Assembly (NCBI RefSeq): GCF_009914755.1 | Contig: NC_060944.1 | DNA length: 64,000 nt | Strand: one strand, 5' to 3' | DNA from: the human T2T-CHM13v2.0 reference genome, Homo sapiens | Part shown: positions 1 to 15,819 of the stretch, piece by piece | Layout: every line of letters starts with the position of its first letter | Numbering within the stretch: position 1 is the stretch's first letter | Notes under the pieces: generated by a model | The model's database searches: none | What the model was told of the DNA's origin: nothing | What the model saw: only the letters and a program-made list of their open reading frames with translations | Program-made: the position numbers and the translations under genes

Positions 1-714
1 AGTGGAGAAAGTAACCTCAGATGTGGTAAAAGCAGCAAGAGAACTAGAATTAGAAGTGGAGCCTGTAGCTGTCATTGAATTGCTGCAATCTCATGATAAA
101 ACTTGAATGCATATAAGGAGTTGCTTCTTATGGATTAGCAAATAAAGTGGTTCGTTGAGATGGAACCTACTCCTGGTGAAGATACTGTGAACACTGTTAA
201 AACGACAACAAAGGATTTAGAATATTACGTAAACTTAGTTGATAAAGCAGCAGCAGGGTTTGAAAGGATTGACCTCAGTTTTGAAAGAAGTTCTACTGTG
301 GGTAAAATGATATAAAACAGCATTGCATGCTACAGGGAAATCTTTCATGAAAGGAGGAGTCAATTGATGCAGCAAACTTCAGTGTTGCTTTATTTTAAGA
401 AATTGCCAAAGCCACCCCAACCTTCAGCAACTACCACCTTGATCAGTCAGCAGCCTTCAACATTGAGGCCAAGACCTTCCCCCAGCAAACAGATTATGGC
501 TTGCTATAGGTTCAGATGGTTATTAGCACTTTTTAGCAATAAAGTATTTTTAATGAAGGTATGTACATTATCTTTTTAGACATAATGCTGTTGCACACTT
601 AATAGCATTATATACACTGAGAAACCAAAAAATTTGTATGGCTCACTTTATTGCAATGTTCATTTTATTGTGGCAGTCTGGAACCAAACCTCCAATATCT
701 CCAAGATATGCATG
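1..714 (+). mobile_element. Tigger1 (TcMar-Tigger DNA transposon), 3' portion, runs off window start
   Basis: Decayed transposase C-terminus (ARELELEVEP..., [22 protein letters not shown] in ORF 364..579). Right terminus ggaaccaaacctccaatatctccaagatatgcatg is followed by TA at 715-716. Confidence 0.93.
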
Positions 715-716
715 TA

Positions 717-2390
717 CATACTTATGGTTGCTAATTTTTTTCTTAGAAAATTGACCCTTTATTATTATGTGAAGCTTCTTTTCATCCTCAATAGTTTTCC
801 TTTCTTTGAACTCTGCTGGGCTTGAAATCACTATAGCCACCCCAGATAATTTTCACTGGTGTTAGTGTGAGGTATCTTTTTTTTCCCCATCCCTTTGCAT
901 TGAATTTATCTAAGTGTTTATATTTAAAGTGGATTTCTTGTGGACAACATGTAGTCAGGTCTTGTTTATTTATCTTTTCTACTCTAGTGGTCTTATTTTT
1001 TAATCCACTCAACAATCTTTTCCTTTTAACTAGTGTATTCAGACCATTCATATTTACAGTGGTTATTGATATGGTTGGACTAATGTCTACCATGTTTGTA
1101 TGTGTTTTCTTTCTGTTGCAGTTGTTGTTTGTTTCTTTATAATCCCTCTACTTTTCTTTCTCAATTGAGAATTTCATACGATTATATTGTATCACCTGTC
1201 TTAGAATGTTGGCGATACTTCTTTTTGATATGCTTAGTGTTTACTCTAGTTTTCTATGTACATTTTTAACTAATATAAGTCCACTTCCAAATAACACTAT
1301 AGCATTTCACATGTCCTATAGGTAACTTACAGCGTTTCCCACTTTCTCCCTTGCATCCCGTAAGATGCTACTGTTATTTATCTTCCCCACGTGCTATATT
1401 CATTACCTGTCTGATCCACCGAGAATGAGAACCATACAATACTCTATTGTATTTTCATTAACTTTTTCTCTGAAGCTCTTCCTTTTTGTATGTAGATATG
1501 AATTTTGGTTCTATAGCATTTACATTTTTCTGAAGAACTTATTTTACAATTTCAGGTAGGGAAAACCTGCAGCCAATGAACTCCCTCAGATTCTGTTTGT
1601 TAGAGCAAGTCTTTATTTCTACTTCACTTGTGAATAACAATTTGGTGGCTATAGAATGCTAGGTGAATAGGGGTTTTTTTCTGTCAACACTTTAAACACT
1701 TATCTCTGCTCTTTATTTTGTTTATTTTTTTGTATGATTTCTGATGATAAACCCACTGTAAATTATGTCCTTATTCTTCTAGGTTTGCTCCTCAGTGAGT
1801 AAAACAATTTTTTTGTCTCTAGCTTCTTTTGATTTTCTTTTCATTTTTTTGTTTTCTGCAGCCTAAATATGTTATGCATAAGTGTATATTTATTGATAAT
1901 TAACATTCTTGCTATTGGGTGAGCTTTCTGGATCCATATTTGGTGTCTACCATTAACTTTGGAAATTCCTTGGCAATTATTACTTCACAATTTCTTCTGA
2001 TCTGTCTCTCTTTAATCTCCTTTTGGTAATCCAAATATTCATGTTTTTCACCTTTTCACATTGTCCTAGAGATCTTTGATGTCCCATTCGTGCTGTCGTC
2101 ATTGGTGCTGTTCTCAATTTTTTTTCTTTCCATCTCATTTTGGCAAGTTTCTCTTGCCATATTTTCAGGCTCATCAACTCTTTCTTCCCTTCTCTCCCAT
2201 CCATGATAAGCTCATCAAAGGACATGTTTTATTTGTGTTATAGTAGGTTTTTTCTGAGTTCTACTATTTCTGTTTTGTTATTTCCCAGAGTTTCCATCTC
2301 TCTTCTTACCTTACCCATCTGTTCTTGCATATTATGTACTTTTTTTTTAAATTAAAGCCTTTAACATGTCAATCATCGTTTTATAATTCC
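717..2390 (-). mobile_element. Old L1 (L1M-type) fragment: ORF1 remnant and ORF2 endonuclease N-terminus; host of the Tigger1
   Basis: ORF 788..1093(-) ISITTVNMNGLNTLVKRKRL...TTCCPQEIHF resembles the L1 ORF2p EN start (ITLNVNGLN..IKR.RL..CC.QETH). T-rich antisense L1 texture. ORF 1980..2225(-) looks like an ORF1 coiled-coil remnant. Confidence 0.85.
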
Positions 2391-3303
2391 AGTATCTGAA
2401 TCAGGTTACCTGACTAAAGTTTTATCAATGGTTTTGGGCACTGTGGCTTAGCTTGGTCAACATTTCCTAAAGTGAGGCAAGTGAAACATTAGCCCTATAG
2501 AATTATTTTCCTAGAAAAAAAATTGTGCATATCCATTTATTAGATATATACTTATTAACAATCTACACTAGATATTAGTATTTTAAGGATTTATTGAATG
2601 TACAATTAATTTTAGAGGGCTACAGTAGAGAAACTAATTTGCCTAACAAAGAGATTTCTCAACTTATTTGAGTTTAGAGATGTTTGTGGATACCTGTATT
2701 TCCTATGTCTTGTATTCCCTGGAATATGCTTTGGTAAACAATACTGTAATTGAAATATATTTCTCAACCACTCCTTTATTCTTTTCTAGATTTTGTTAAG
2801 ACCATGCATTTTTTTGCATATAATAGGTTCAAAAACATTTGATTTGATATTTATTATGGTATTCACTATGAAACTGTCCCAGAAGTCTTAGGTGTTCATT
2901 AAGTCTTTTATTTGTATATTTTTAGTTATGTGTTTTTTAAACTTAGAAGGCAAAGCAAATGTATAGAATATCTTTACCTAGTCAGCATCTATGAAAGCTC
3001 CAGTTCCGAAAGAAAGCAAAAGTTTATTTTTTTTTTCATATACCAAATGCTATTAAGTGCCAAGGTATGCCAAGTATAGTTCTGAATGTTCTGTCTCAGC
3101 TGAGGAAAGAGAAAAGGTCCTGCATGACGGAGTGTATAGTCTAAGTTATAACTCTGTGTTCTTGAAACAGCCCTTCCCTAAGAGACACACAGATCACGGC
3201 TTGTACTGTTTCTTATTTGTTAAGGCCTATGAATCATAATGAAGATGTGTCATGAGAAAGCCTGACAATTCTAATATTTCCTTAGGACAACCTGCATTTA
3301 AAT

Positions 3304-3583
3304 CAGGGATTTCCAAAGTGTATGCCATGAAGCACTATGGAGTGTCATTATGTGCAATGAAAAATATGTTCCAAGATGAAATAATCTGCAGTACTTTGTG
3401 TTTAAGAAAATTAACCCTATTTACTTAGCGAAGGCATTCTTAGCACCTTTAACATACGTTCAATACTGTTATGCCAGGTTAATCTATCTGTGTATGAGGG
3501 GGTATCTACAACATTTCCCAAACTAGCTTTCCAGGGAATATCTCATAAATGTGATGTTCCATAAGTTATGTTTGGGGAAATAC
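3304..3583. mobile_element. Probable hAT-Charlie MITE remnant
   Basis: Starts cagggatttccaaagtgt and ends tttggggaaatac, resembling Charlie-family terminal inverted repeats; highly diverged. Confidence 0.35.
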
Positions 3584-4150
3584 ATTTCTATTCCCTGTGT
3601 ACATAAGAAATGCCAATGTACTCAGATAAGAAATTTGTAAATGTGCCAATTTTATAAGCCCCCTTACTAAGGAAGGAAAAAAGTCTCAGGGGGAAACATA
3701 CCAAAGTTATAATTCTGAATGATTTGGACTTTAAAGATGCTTTACATATTCAAAAAAAGTCAAAAAAGGAGAAAAAAATCACATTGCAAACTGAAAACAA
3801 GCTGAAACAAATCGGCCTATTTTTATATCAAAGTGGTAACATAATAACATGGAGAAAAATTATTTCAAGTAATCTTTGAAAACAGCAACCTGACTTTAAA
3901 TCCTTGGTGGTTATATTGAAAGGATGAAGAGAATTATAGAGAAATCTTGCAATTCACTCAGTGGTTTTATTGTTAGTAGTAATTTGGGTATCATAATTTT
4001 GACATCATTTAATGTATCTTTTAGAATAAATAACTGTTAATGTTATTAGTGCAAACATATACATACCTATACACACATAAAATCAAAAAGGATAAGAAAC
4101 CATGTCTTCGTGAATTTTCCAGGAAATAGTAATAAAACAGGGATTTAAAG

Positions 4151-4200
4151 CACACACACACATGCACACACACACGCACACACACACAGACACACACACA
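4151..4200 (+). repeat. Imperfect (CA)n microsatellite
   Basis: cacacacacacatgcacacacacacgcacacacacacagacacacacaca read directly. Confidence 0.95.
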
Positions 4201-4409
4201 TCCTAGCTTTACCTACTCAGAGGGTTTTAAAAGCAGGGATGCCTCGGAGCTGGTAGCATACGAGCTTAGTTCTTGGCTTCTAAGCAGCATTTCCCATTAA
4301 AAGAAAGGAGAGCTCAAAGACATACAATGATGTATCAAAGGTGAATCCATTGGATAAATGTGGGATAATTTAAGCATCAAAAAACAAAACAAAACACACA
4401 ATGTGGGTT

Positions 4410-4411
<2 letters not shown>

Positions 4412-4445
<34 letters not shown>

Positions 4446-4802
4446 AGACAGGATCTGGCTCTGTGGTCCAGGTTGGAGTGCAGTGCTGCAATCACGGCTT
4501 ACTGCAGCCTCGCCCTCCCAGGCTCAAGCAGTCCTCCTGCCTTGGCCTCCTGAGTATCTGGGACCACAGGTTGTGTGTGTGTGCATGTGTGTGTGTGTGC
4601 ATGCGCGTGTGTGTGTGTGAGCGTGCAAGCGCGAGCATGTGTGTGTGTTTTAAAACATTTTTAAAGTTTTCTTTTGTAGAAATGTGATCTCACTGTGTTG
4701 CCCAGGCTGGTCTCAAACTGTCAAACTCCTGGCCTCAAGTGATCCTTCCACCTCTGCTTTCCAAAGTGCTGGGATTACAGGTGCGAGCCACTGTGCCCGA
4801 CC
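4412..4802 (-). mobile_element. AluJ with internal (TG)n expansion
   Basis: Poly-T 4412-4444, then antisense Alu (gagacagg...ccaggctcaagcagtcctcctgcc, J-type) to gagccactgtgcccgacc. About 77 bp of TG-rich repeat at 4572-4648. Confidence 0.92.
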
Positions 4803-4904
4803 ACCAATGGTTTTAACTGTAAATACATGAGCCAATAAAAATATTGAACTACAAAAAAACCCAGAGCAGACGCAAAGTGGGAAACCCAAAACAGAGAGTG
4901 TGGG

Positions 4905-5322
4905 AGAGGAGGGGATGCGCCTCCCAGGTTCCTCTTCAGAAAATCCTCGGCAGAGCAGCAGCAGGGGGCGCAGGCAGCACCTGAGCTTCAGCTCCTCCCA
5001 CCAGGCTCTGCCTGGGATCCAGGGAGCACCTCCCTCAGGCTAGTGCTCTTTGGGGTGTCAGGAGCCCTGAGTGAGGCAGGATGGAAAGTCCTGGCCACTT
5101 CAGTCCCACACAGGGCCACTGGGCAGCTGACCCGTTCTGGAGGCGATGCCGGCCCCAGAGTTTTCCTCCAGGTTGGCCAGGGCTTGCTCTGCCTGCACTA
5201 CAGTTCAGCTTCTCCCTCTGCCCAGTTCTCCCCTTCCTTCATAGGTGAGCATCTCTAATACACATCCTGCAGCCCAAACTCCATCTTCGCATTAGATGGG
5301 GAGGGGGAATCCAAACTGTAAC
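4905..5322 (+). mobile_element. LTR16-like ERVL solo LTR
   Basis: 3' end ...cccttccttcataggtgagcatctctaatacacatcctgcagcccaaactccatct...ccaaactgtaaca resembles LTR16 termini. Confidence 0.65.
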
Positions 5323-5438
5323 AAGAGAACAGAAAAAGAAAACTCATTTGTCACTATTAAAACTGACAATCAGGACCACATTTTACCCTGAAAGTTAGGA
5401 AAGAATTAAGCATTTACCCAGAACCAGTTTATCCTCAG

Positions 5439-5893
5439 TGTGAGAAAACAATTTAAATGGTCCATTTTCAGGGCATGATGAATCTGAGCACTGGCAGCCA
5501 GCCTGGAAATGTAACAAACTGCATGGCTCATGCACCTGGAAGGTCACAATAAGTGAGCAGAATGGAGAGGAGGGGTCGGCCCATAAAAGGGAAGAAAGTT
5601 TCATGATTGGGAAATCGAAACTTAAGCGGGGAAGGAGACGGGGTATAACCTTATAAGGGGGATGAAATTTAGGCGACGTCCAGGAAGATCGTAATCCCGG
5701 AGAACTCAACCAATGAAGAAGTGGGGGAGGGACTTGCGTGCTAGGAGATAAATCACCTGTTGTGACTGCCCTGGGTGTGCCTGCCTACAAGACAGCCCAT
5801 CTTGCAAGACTATTATTAAAAGTCTCAGTTTCGCTGATCTTCGTGCCTGTAAGTCCATCCTTTGGGTTTGGGCAGATGAGTGTGTTTCTCACA
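5439..5893 (+). mobile_element. Intact solo LTR (LTR47-like), 455 bp
   Basis: TG...CA ends with a perfect 9-bp terminal inverted repeat (TGTGAGAAA / TTTCTCACA), flanking TCAG direct repeats (5435-5438, 5894-5897), internal CCAAT and ATTAAA. Family name from memory. Confidence 0.8.
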
Positions 5894-6307
5894 TCAGTTA
5901 ATAAGAAAAGCTGTTCTTTATAGGAATATAGCAAGTAATAAGTGAGGAAGGAGGGATACAGTTAGAAAACCACCCTTCCCCAAGCTCTAAAGAAATCATT
6001 GATCCTGACAGACAGATTATCGGTGATGGCTAAAATCATTTGGGAGAAGATTCTTGGGAAAGGGACATAGTCTCTGCAAAATTATTATTTTAGAAAAACA
6101 AAACAACATGGCAGTAAGGGAGGTGGGGTAAGAACTGTAGAAAAGAGGGGACAGATTGAAGGCCATCCCCACCAAAGCCATGTGTAAATGTGTAAATGTT
6201 GACTGGTTGCTGGAAAGTGGAAAATCAGCTTGAAACACTAACTCCCCCTTAAACTGTGGGAATAACATGCCGGAGTTCAACATGGGGATGCAGATTGACG
6301 GGTATCT

Positions 6308-6333
6308 CTTACATCCTTACATCCTTACATCCT
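6308..6333 (+). repeat. 8-bp tandem repeat (CTTACATC)x3
   Basis: cttacatccttacatccttacatcct read directly. Confidence 0.9.
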
Positions 6334-6384
6334 ATGACTGAGGGGTGAGCGGGGAGTAGAGATTTGTGAATGGGTATTTGCTGT

Positions 6385-6903
6385 TGTGGCTTGCCCCCTG
6401 CATTCATTTTCTTCTTAGGATAAGGGGATCTCAGATCTCATTTGCTGAATCATTTACATCCCACTCAACGATCCCTGGGTTTGGGTGGGAGTAGCCACAG
6501 GACCAACCCCAAGAATTGTGTCACTGGCACCTGGCCATTCAGGCACAGTGACTGGACAGGGGTAACCACACGACACAGGGAGCCCTAGTGCTTTTTCTGA
6601 AACCACTGGGAAAGAGTTATAGACTTCATTAAAAGGTTAGTAAATGAGTAGGTGGTCAGCCTGGAGCTACATGCTGATCCATACAACAGCAATGGTGGCC
6701 CTGCCTGAGAATAGAGCAAATGCAAATGCAACCAAAGGCAGAGAAGGAGAACGACAGCATCATCTGGTTCCCCAGATCCAGCCATAACTGAAAGCAACCC
6801 CCAGACCTTTCCAGAAATAGAAGGCAGTAAGTTTCCTATTTGTCTAAAGCCAGTCTGATTTGTATTTCTTTCCTTTGCAACTAATAAAGTGCTGAATAAA
6901 ATA
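6385..6903 (+). mobile_element. MLT1J/K-type MaLR LTR
   Basis: Typical 3' end cagccataactgaa...aagtttcctatttgtctaaagccagt...ttgcaactaa. Confidence 0.7.
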
Positions 6904-6984
6904 TATGTAATAGTCAAAAATGTGGGCAAATTTAGGTGTATATATGTGGGAATCTTTTAAAAATTTTCATAGAAAAAAGCATGC

Positions 6985-7888
6985 AAATTTTTATTTTTAA
7001 ATTTTAATTATGAAACATTTCACATAAGCATAAAAGTGCAGAAAAGAACAAATTATCCATGGGCCCACCTCTGAACAGATATTAACATTTTGTCATATTT
7101 GCTTCTGAGTTCTTTACTGAAGCATCTGCGTGGTTTGAAATGCAAGGTAGGAAGAGTATAAAGTGTTCTATCTGCTCTTTCTGTCTCCTGAGATCTTTTC
7201 CCTTAACGACTTTCAGGATTCGTGGATTTCAGTGTATCTTTTCATAACTATTCAAGTACATCCATTGGCTATACATTTTACCACAAATTACAACATTTAT
7301 GTAATTAGACTTATCCTTTGCATTTTCCAAATAATATATATTGGAGATTGTTTCCTTATAGGACATATAGAGCTGATGCATTTCTTTAGCAGCTGTGAAG
7401 CATCCCTAAATCTAAGTCAAACATTTTGTATAATTGTAATTTTGATAGATTTTACAAAAGGTCCAATGTAGAGGTCATATCAATTTATACTCCCACTGAT
7501 TATGTATGAAAATCTATGCCACAAAGGCTGGTCAGGTTTGAATGATCAAATCTTTGCCAAGGTGATCAGTGAAAAAACGGTATTCCGATGTTGTTTAAAG
7601 TTGCATTTTATGTTGAGCATCACTGCATCTATTTAAGGGCCACTTGTATTTCATTTGTATTTTGCACCTATTTTTTATTGGTTGTTTTAAAATTGGACAC
7701 ACACACACACACACACACCCACACACCCACACTGGCCATTTGTGACATAAATAGCCAATGAATTTTCCAGTTTCTTATTGGCCTTTTTACTTTTCATTAT
7801 GGTGATTTTTCTCATATAGAATTTGTAAAATTTTATTTCTATGTCACCAAGACTAATCTATTTTAGGGTTTTGTGTCATTTTTAGCAA
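6985..7888 (-). mobile_element. L1ME-type 3' fragment, contains (CA)n at about 7696-7730
   Basis: Antisense L1 motifs such as caatttatactcccac, gttgagcat and ggccacttgtatttc. Confidence 0.6.
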
Positions 7889-7890
7889 AG

Positions 7891-8300
7891 TGTTATGGGT
7901 TGACCTGTGTCCTCCCCAGTTTAATCTGTTGAAGCCCTAACCCCCAATACTTCAGTATGTGACTGTTTGCAGAGACAGGACTTTTAACAAGGTAATTAAG
8001 TTAAAATGAGGTCGTATCTGTGAACTTTGATCCAATATGACCGGTGTTCTTATAAGAAAAAGCTACAGACAGACACACATGAAGGGAAGACCATGTGAGG
8101 ACCCAGGGAGAAGATGGCCCTCTGCAAGCTGTGGAGCGAGGCCTAAAACAGATCCTGCCCTCAAGGTCTCCCAAGAAACAAACCCTGCTGACATCTTGAT
8201 CTTGGACTTCCAGCCTCCAAAACTGTGAAAACTAAATTGCTGTTGGTTAAGCTCTCTTGTCTGCAGTACTTTGTTACTACAGCCCAAGTCAATTGAGACA
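7891..8300 (+). mobile_element. MLT1B MaLR solo LTR
   Basis: tgttatgggttga...gtaattaagttaaaatgaggtc...ttgatcttggacttccagcctccaaaactgtga...gagaca; about 410 bp with TG..CA ends. Confidence 0.88.
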
Positions 8301-8416
8301 GAAGAATTTCTTACATTAAGATTTTTAACACGCAAAGAGTTCCATTATCCTCCAGCAGATAGATTACTTTATTGTCAACATTTTTATGCATTTCTTATTT
8401 TTTGTGTCTTCTTCAG

Positions 8417-8571
8417 TGGGTAAACTCCACTTCAGAGAGATGCTACCACTTCTAAAAGAAGGGCGAGGAGAGGAGATCCCAGCACTGGGTGATGACTGGG
8501 CCTCCCCCGTGCATCCTCTCTTACCCGTCTCTGCCACTGCTCCCATAGGGGGCGCTGAGCCCTGATAACAG
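8417..8571 (+). other. Candidate non-coding exon (155 nt) overlapping a CTCF-like motif
   Basis: Long pyrimidine tract ending cttcttcAG at 8416; donor CAG|gtatgg at 8571/8572; CCCATAGGGGGCGC at 8542-8555. Motif-only evidence. Confidence 0.3.
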
Positions 8572-9744
8572 GTATGGTAGCAACTACGATGAGACTTAGC
8601 TCTCCCCAAAGAAAACAGAATGGGCTGGAAGTGTGTTCACTCCATTCAATCATCACGCAACATATCCAGTAACGATCTCTCAGACATAGCAAGAGAACAT
8701 TTCCTCTATGTAGCAGCCTGTCTGCCCTGCCCAGGAAGCACACTCAGCAGCAGCCCCAGGCCACGGGCACTCCAGCAGGTCTTCCTCAAGCACTGGTGAG
8801 CAGCAGAGAATTCTTACAGGCTAATACCCTATCCAACAAGCTGTGCTTGTGTCCCCAGGGAGAGATCAAGTTAGAAAAACTCATCTTGAACAGAATTGTA
8901 TTCACAGCTCTGGCTTGTGCAGAGCTGGTTTTGTTTTCTAATCAAGCATCTGGGCTGAATATTTATTCACTTTCGCCTGCTCGTAAACTCATTGTATGGC
9001 TTTTAAGTGGGGGAAAAATGTCCCGTTTCATTGTTAGTTGATACTGAAAGTGTTTGATAAAAGAGCCAATTTGTCCTTTTCCCCATTGGATTTAGATTCG
9101 AGTTAACAAAAAGTCACGACTGAAGTGGTTGGTCATACATCAAAGAGTTTAGATCTAATGGGCTTTTGAAGAGACAGTGTAAACATGTGGGAATAGTGTT
9201 CTAAGGCAGTAATGTTTCTTTAGAACACCATGAGGCTTTTATGACTATGAACAGTGTTTAAATTTTAAATGGCTTTTAAATAAGTTCTTTCAACCTCTCT
9301 TTCTTTCCTCTTGCCACAATTGGACTCTAAGTACATCTTGTCAGTATTGTACCAATCATAGGTATTGTGGTTAGCATGCAACATTGCTGCAGGGGAGGCA
9401 AGAAGACACATTTGACTTTCCATGCTATACATTTGTCATCATATGAACAGGGCTTTTCTGCATGTATTATTGGTCACAAGATCACTTAACACTCTTCCAG
9501 GACTCTTCTCACAGCCTCAGATTGGTCAGTTCTGTGGACCGTGCTGGTATTTTCTGGATTCATCTTCAACGTGCCCTGCTAAGGTGCCATAGAACCAAAG
9601 GTCAGATAATGGAACGCTAGACTATTAACACTATAATAGACTGGCTCACCGTTGGATGTCCAGCATGTAACATAGTGCCTCGTACCTAGGAAGCCTCAAT
9701 GAGTGGGTAATCTTTTTTAAAAATTGTGAACTGAGTAAATAGAC

Positions 9745-11481
<1,737 letters not shown>

Positions 11482-11499
11482 ATAATATAGGTTACTCAA

Positions 11500-11850
11500 G
11501 GAGTTGTTCCTAGTTCAGTTTTGTGGCCTTTCATCCTACATATACATATTTTGTTTGCAGCCAATTCTCAAGGGAACCCCTCTGCAGATTTCTGGACCTC
11601 TTCTGTGTGCAGCTCCCTTCTTTCAAGTCCTCTGTCCCTCAATTTCAAGCCAATTACATCCCCACCAACTCTGTCTCCTCAACTTAGCAAAATCATCAGG
11701 CTAGGTGTGAGCCACTACTCCCTGTTTTGTAGTCTGAAATTTGCTTTTAGCAGAGAGCTTGGGCAATCTTAGGGCTCAACTTGCTAATTCCTCTTCTCGT
11801 GCGGCCCATTTTCCTACCCTATTGTACAATATCCAGTTTTCTATCTGTTA
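11500..11850 (-). mobile_element. Old L1 5'-region fragment
   Basis: aagggaacccctctgcagatttctgg...gcagctcccttctttc...actctgtctcctcaactt resembles antisense L1ME 5' sequence. Confidence 0.5.
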
Positions 11851-11959
11851 GTTCAGAAATTATATTCACTTTCCTTCATTCACTGAAAATCTTCTAAGGA
11901 TAATTAATAAATGCCTTTCCTATAATTCATATATAGTTCATCAATATTTTAAACTTTAA

Positions 11960-13830
<1,871 letters not shown>

Positions 13831-14047
13831 TCAGGGTTTGAGTTAGATGTCCTTTCAGGCAAATAGCTCCCACAAGAAAAAGTCTTAGACAAGAAGATCA
13901 AGGAAAATGTGAAGTATGTATCACAAGATTCCAGAGCAGAGCATAAATATAACAGGACAGTTCCCATTATGTTCCCAGGGCAAATTCAGGAAGTAGACTA
14001 TACTAAAATATGCTGATACAGAATCTGATGTGAGCCCATTGTAGTGT

Positions 14048-14197
14048 GGGAGAAGGGAGGAGAGGAGAGGAGAGGAGAGGAGAGGAGAGGAGAGGAGAGG
14101 AGAGGAAAGGAGGGAAGGAAGGAAGGAAATGGAGGGAAGGAAGGGGGAAGGAAGCAAGGAAGGAAGGACGAAGAGGGAAGGAGAAGGAAGGAAGGAA
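14048..14197 (+). repeat. Polypurine tract: (AGAGG)9 followed by imperfect (GGAA)n
   Basis: Uninterrupted purines 14048-14129; (AGAGG)9 at 14061-14105. Confidence 0.95.
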
Positions 14198-14989
14198 TTA
14201 AGTGTATTTTAATAAAAGTGCATGTTCATTAGAAACTTTTTTGAAAGAAAATATTGTTTATCAAGTGAAAGAGATAACCAGTTGCAAATGCCACCGTTTA
14301 GAAATAATCACCTGACACTGTGGTATAGGTTTTGTATCTCTGCATCTATATATGGATATTTCTCTATCTATATCAACACAATGCAAGGCATATAGGAACT
14401 ATTCAATAAATGCTATTTTCCTTCTTACCTACATCATAGGAAATTGCTTTTATTATTCTGTTTGAAACCTGTGATTTTGATCCAATGTTATAATATAAAG
14501 GAAGAACAAGTTTCTTTTTTTATTCTAAAACTTTGACATTATGGAATTCAATAGCTGGTGGTTTTCCACGCAGTGCTGTTTTTGTGATGCATATAATTAT
14601 TATCATCTAACATTTACGGAGCACCCTCTGAGGAAAAGACATTGTACTAGATACAGTATGAACAATATTTCAAAGAAATCAGCAACTATAGCAACTTGCA
14701 GAAAAAAAAATTGATTTTTAAAAAGTAATTTGACTTTCTTGGGGAAATATTTAATTACATGTGGACATATTTGCATATTTTCTTTGTGACATGCTTATTT
14801 CAAAAGTAAGAGAAGATCTATTAAATTGTTACAGACTAGAGGGAAAGTAAGAAATCCAGTTATTTATAGTTTTGGGGAAAATGCAAAAGTGCAAATGCCA
14901 TTCTCTACTCTTTTTCTATCTATCTCTCCCTGCTTTATCGTTTCTAATCTTATAACAATGACAGAAGCCTCCATGTTGCTGATTCTCAC

Positions 14990-15815
14990 TTTAGATCTTA
15001 AGTAATAGCTGCCTCTTTAACCTCAAACAGTTATTTCTAACTACCCACGAGCCACTTCTACCTGATCCTCCCACAGGAAGCTCAAAAGCATCTATGGAAA
15101 CCTAAACTCATCATCCTCCCCTCCTCCTCCAAAAAGATTCCCTACTAATTTACTAACTGATACTGCAACATCATCAGTCTCTCCAGCTTAAGTCTTCAGA
15201 TAAATCTTTGACATTTCACTCTTCCTCACCCACATTGAATGAGTCAACAATCCTTGATTACGCCTCCTTAATCTTTCAATTCCATTTTCCTCCACCATCT
15301 CTTTACTCACTGAGTCAGCATCTTTCACCTTTACTCTTGTAGGAGCCTCTAAAAGGTCTTATGCTCATCACCTGTTAGTCTTTTCTATGCAATAGTCATA
15401 ACATTCTTTTTAACACTGATCTTATCATGTTATATCGAAGATGAAACACATTTATGATTCCCCAGTGCCTGCAGGACAATGTCAAAATCCCTAAACAAGA
15501 CAGCCAAGCCCTCTCATTAATGCCCCAATTCAAGATGACAGCATCTCCTCTTATGTTTGATGCAAATTTCAGTAACCAGGGCTTCTTATAATCCTTTTAC
15601 ACACTATTGGATTTCATGTCTCCATGTCTTTGCCTGAAATAGACTTTTTTTTGTATCAGTTATAGCAAACTTCTGTTTATCTTCTAAGGTCAAACACAAA
15701 ATTCACCCTCAGTTTTTTTTTTCTTACCTACAAAATTAAACATACAGTTTTTCTGTTAGGGTCCTGAGCAGGACCTACTCTATCCAGTCACCTTCATGCA
15801 TCACTCACCGACACA
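14990..15815 (+). mobile_element. L2 fragment
   Basis: L2 motifs aaactcatcatcctcccc, ctttgacatttcactcttcctcacccac, cagtgcctgcaggacaatgtcaaaatcc. Confidence 0.6.
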
Positions 15816-15819
15816 GTGC

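Larger units (their letters stand above)
3740..6270 (+). mobile_element. Fragmented L1MC-type 3' UTR, interrupted by AluJ, LTR16-like and LTR47-like elements
   Basis: A-rich blocks resembling L1MC4/5 3' ends at about 3780-4400, 4805-4860, 5325-5435 and 5895-6270 resume on either side of the insertions. Confidence 0.5.

Noticed and set aside
1-579. Tigger transposase as a domesticated gene
   Set aside because: In-frame stops and frameshifts within the first 360 bp; retains the TIR and TA site of a decayed copy.
8905-8927. 8-bp stem hairpin cagctctg/cagagctg
   Set aside because: Too short for a pre-miRNA or structured RNA; expected by chance.
14105-14197. GGAA microsatellite as an EWS-FLI1-type enhancer
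   Set aside because: Only about three consecutive GGAA units, too short and interrupted.
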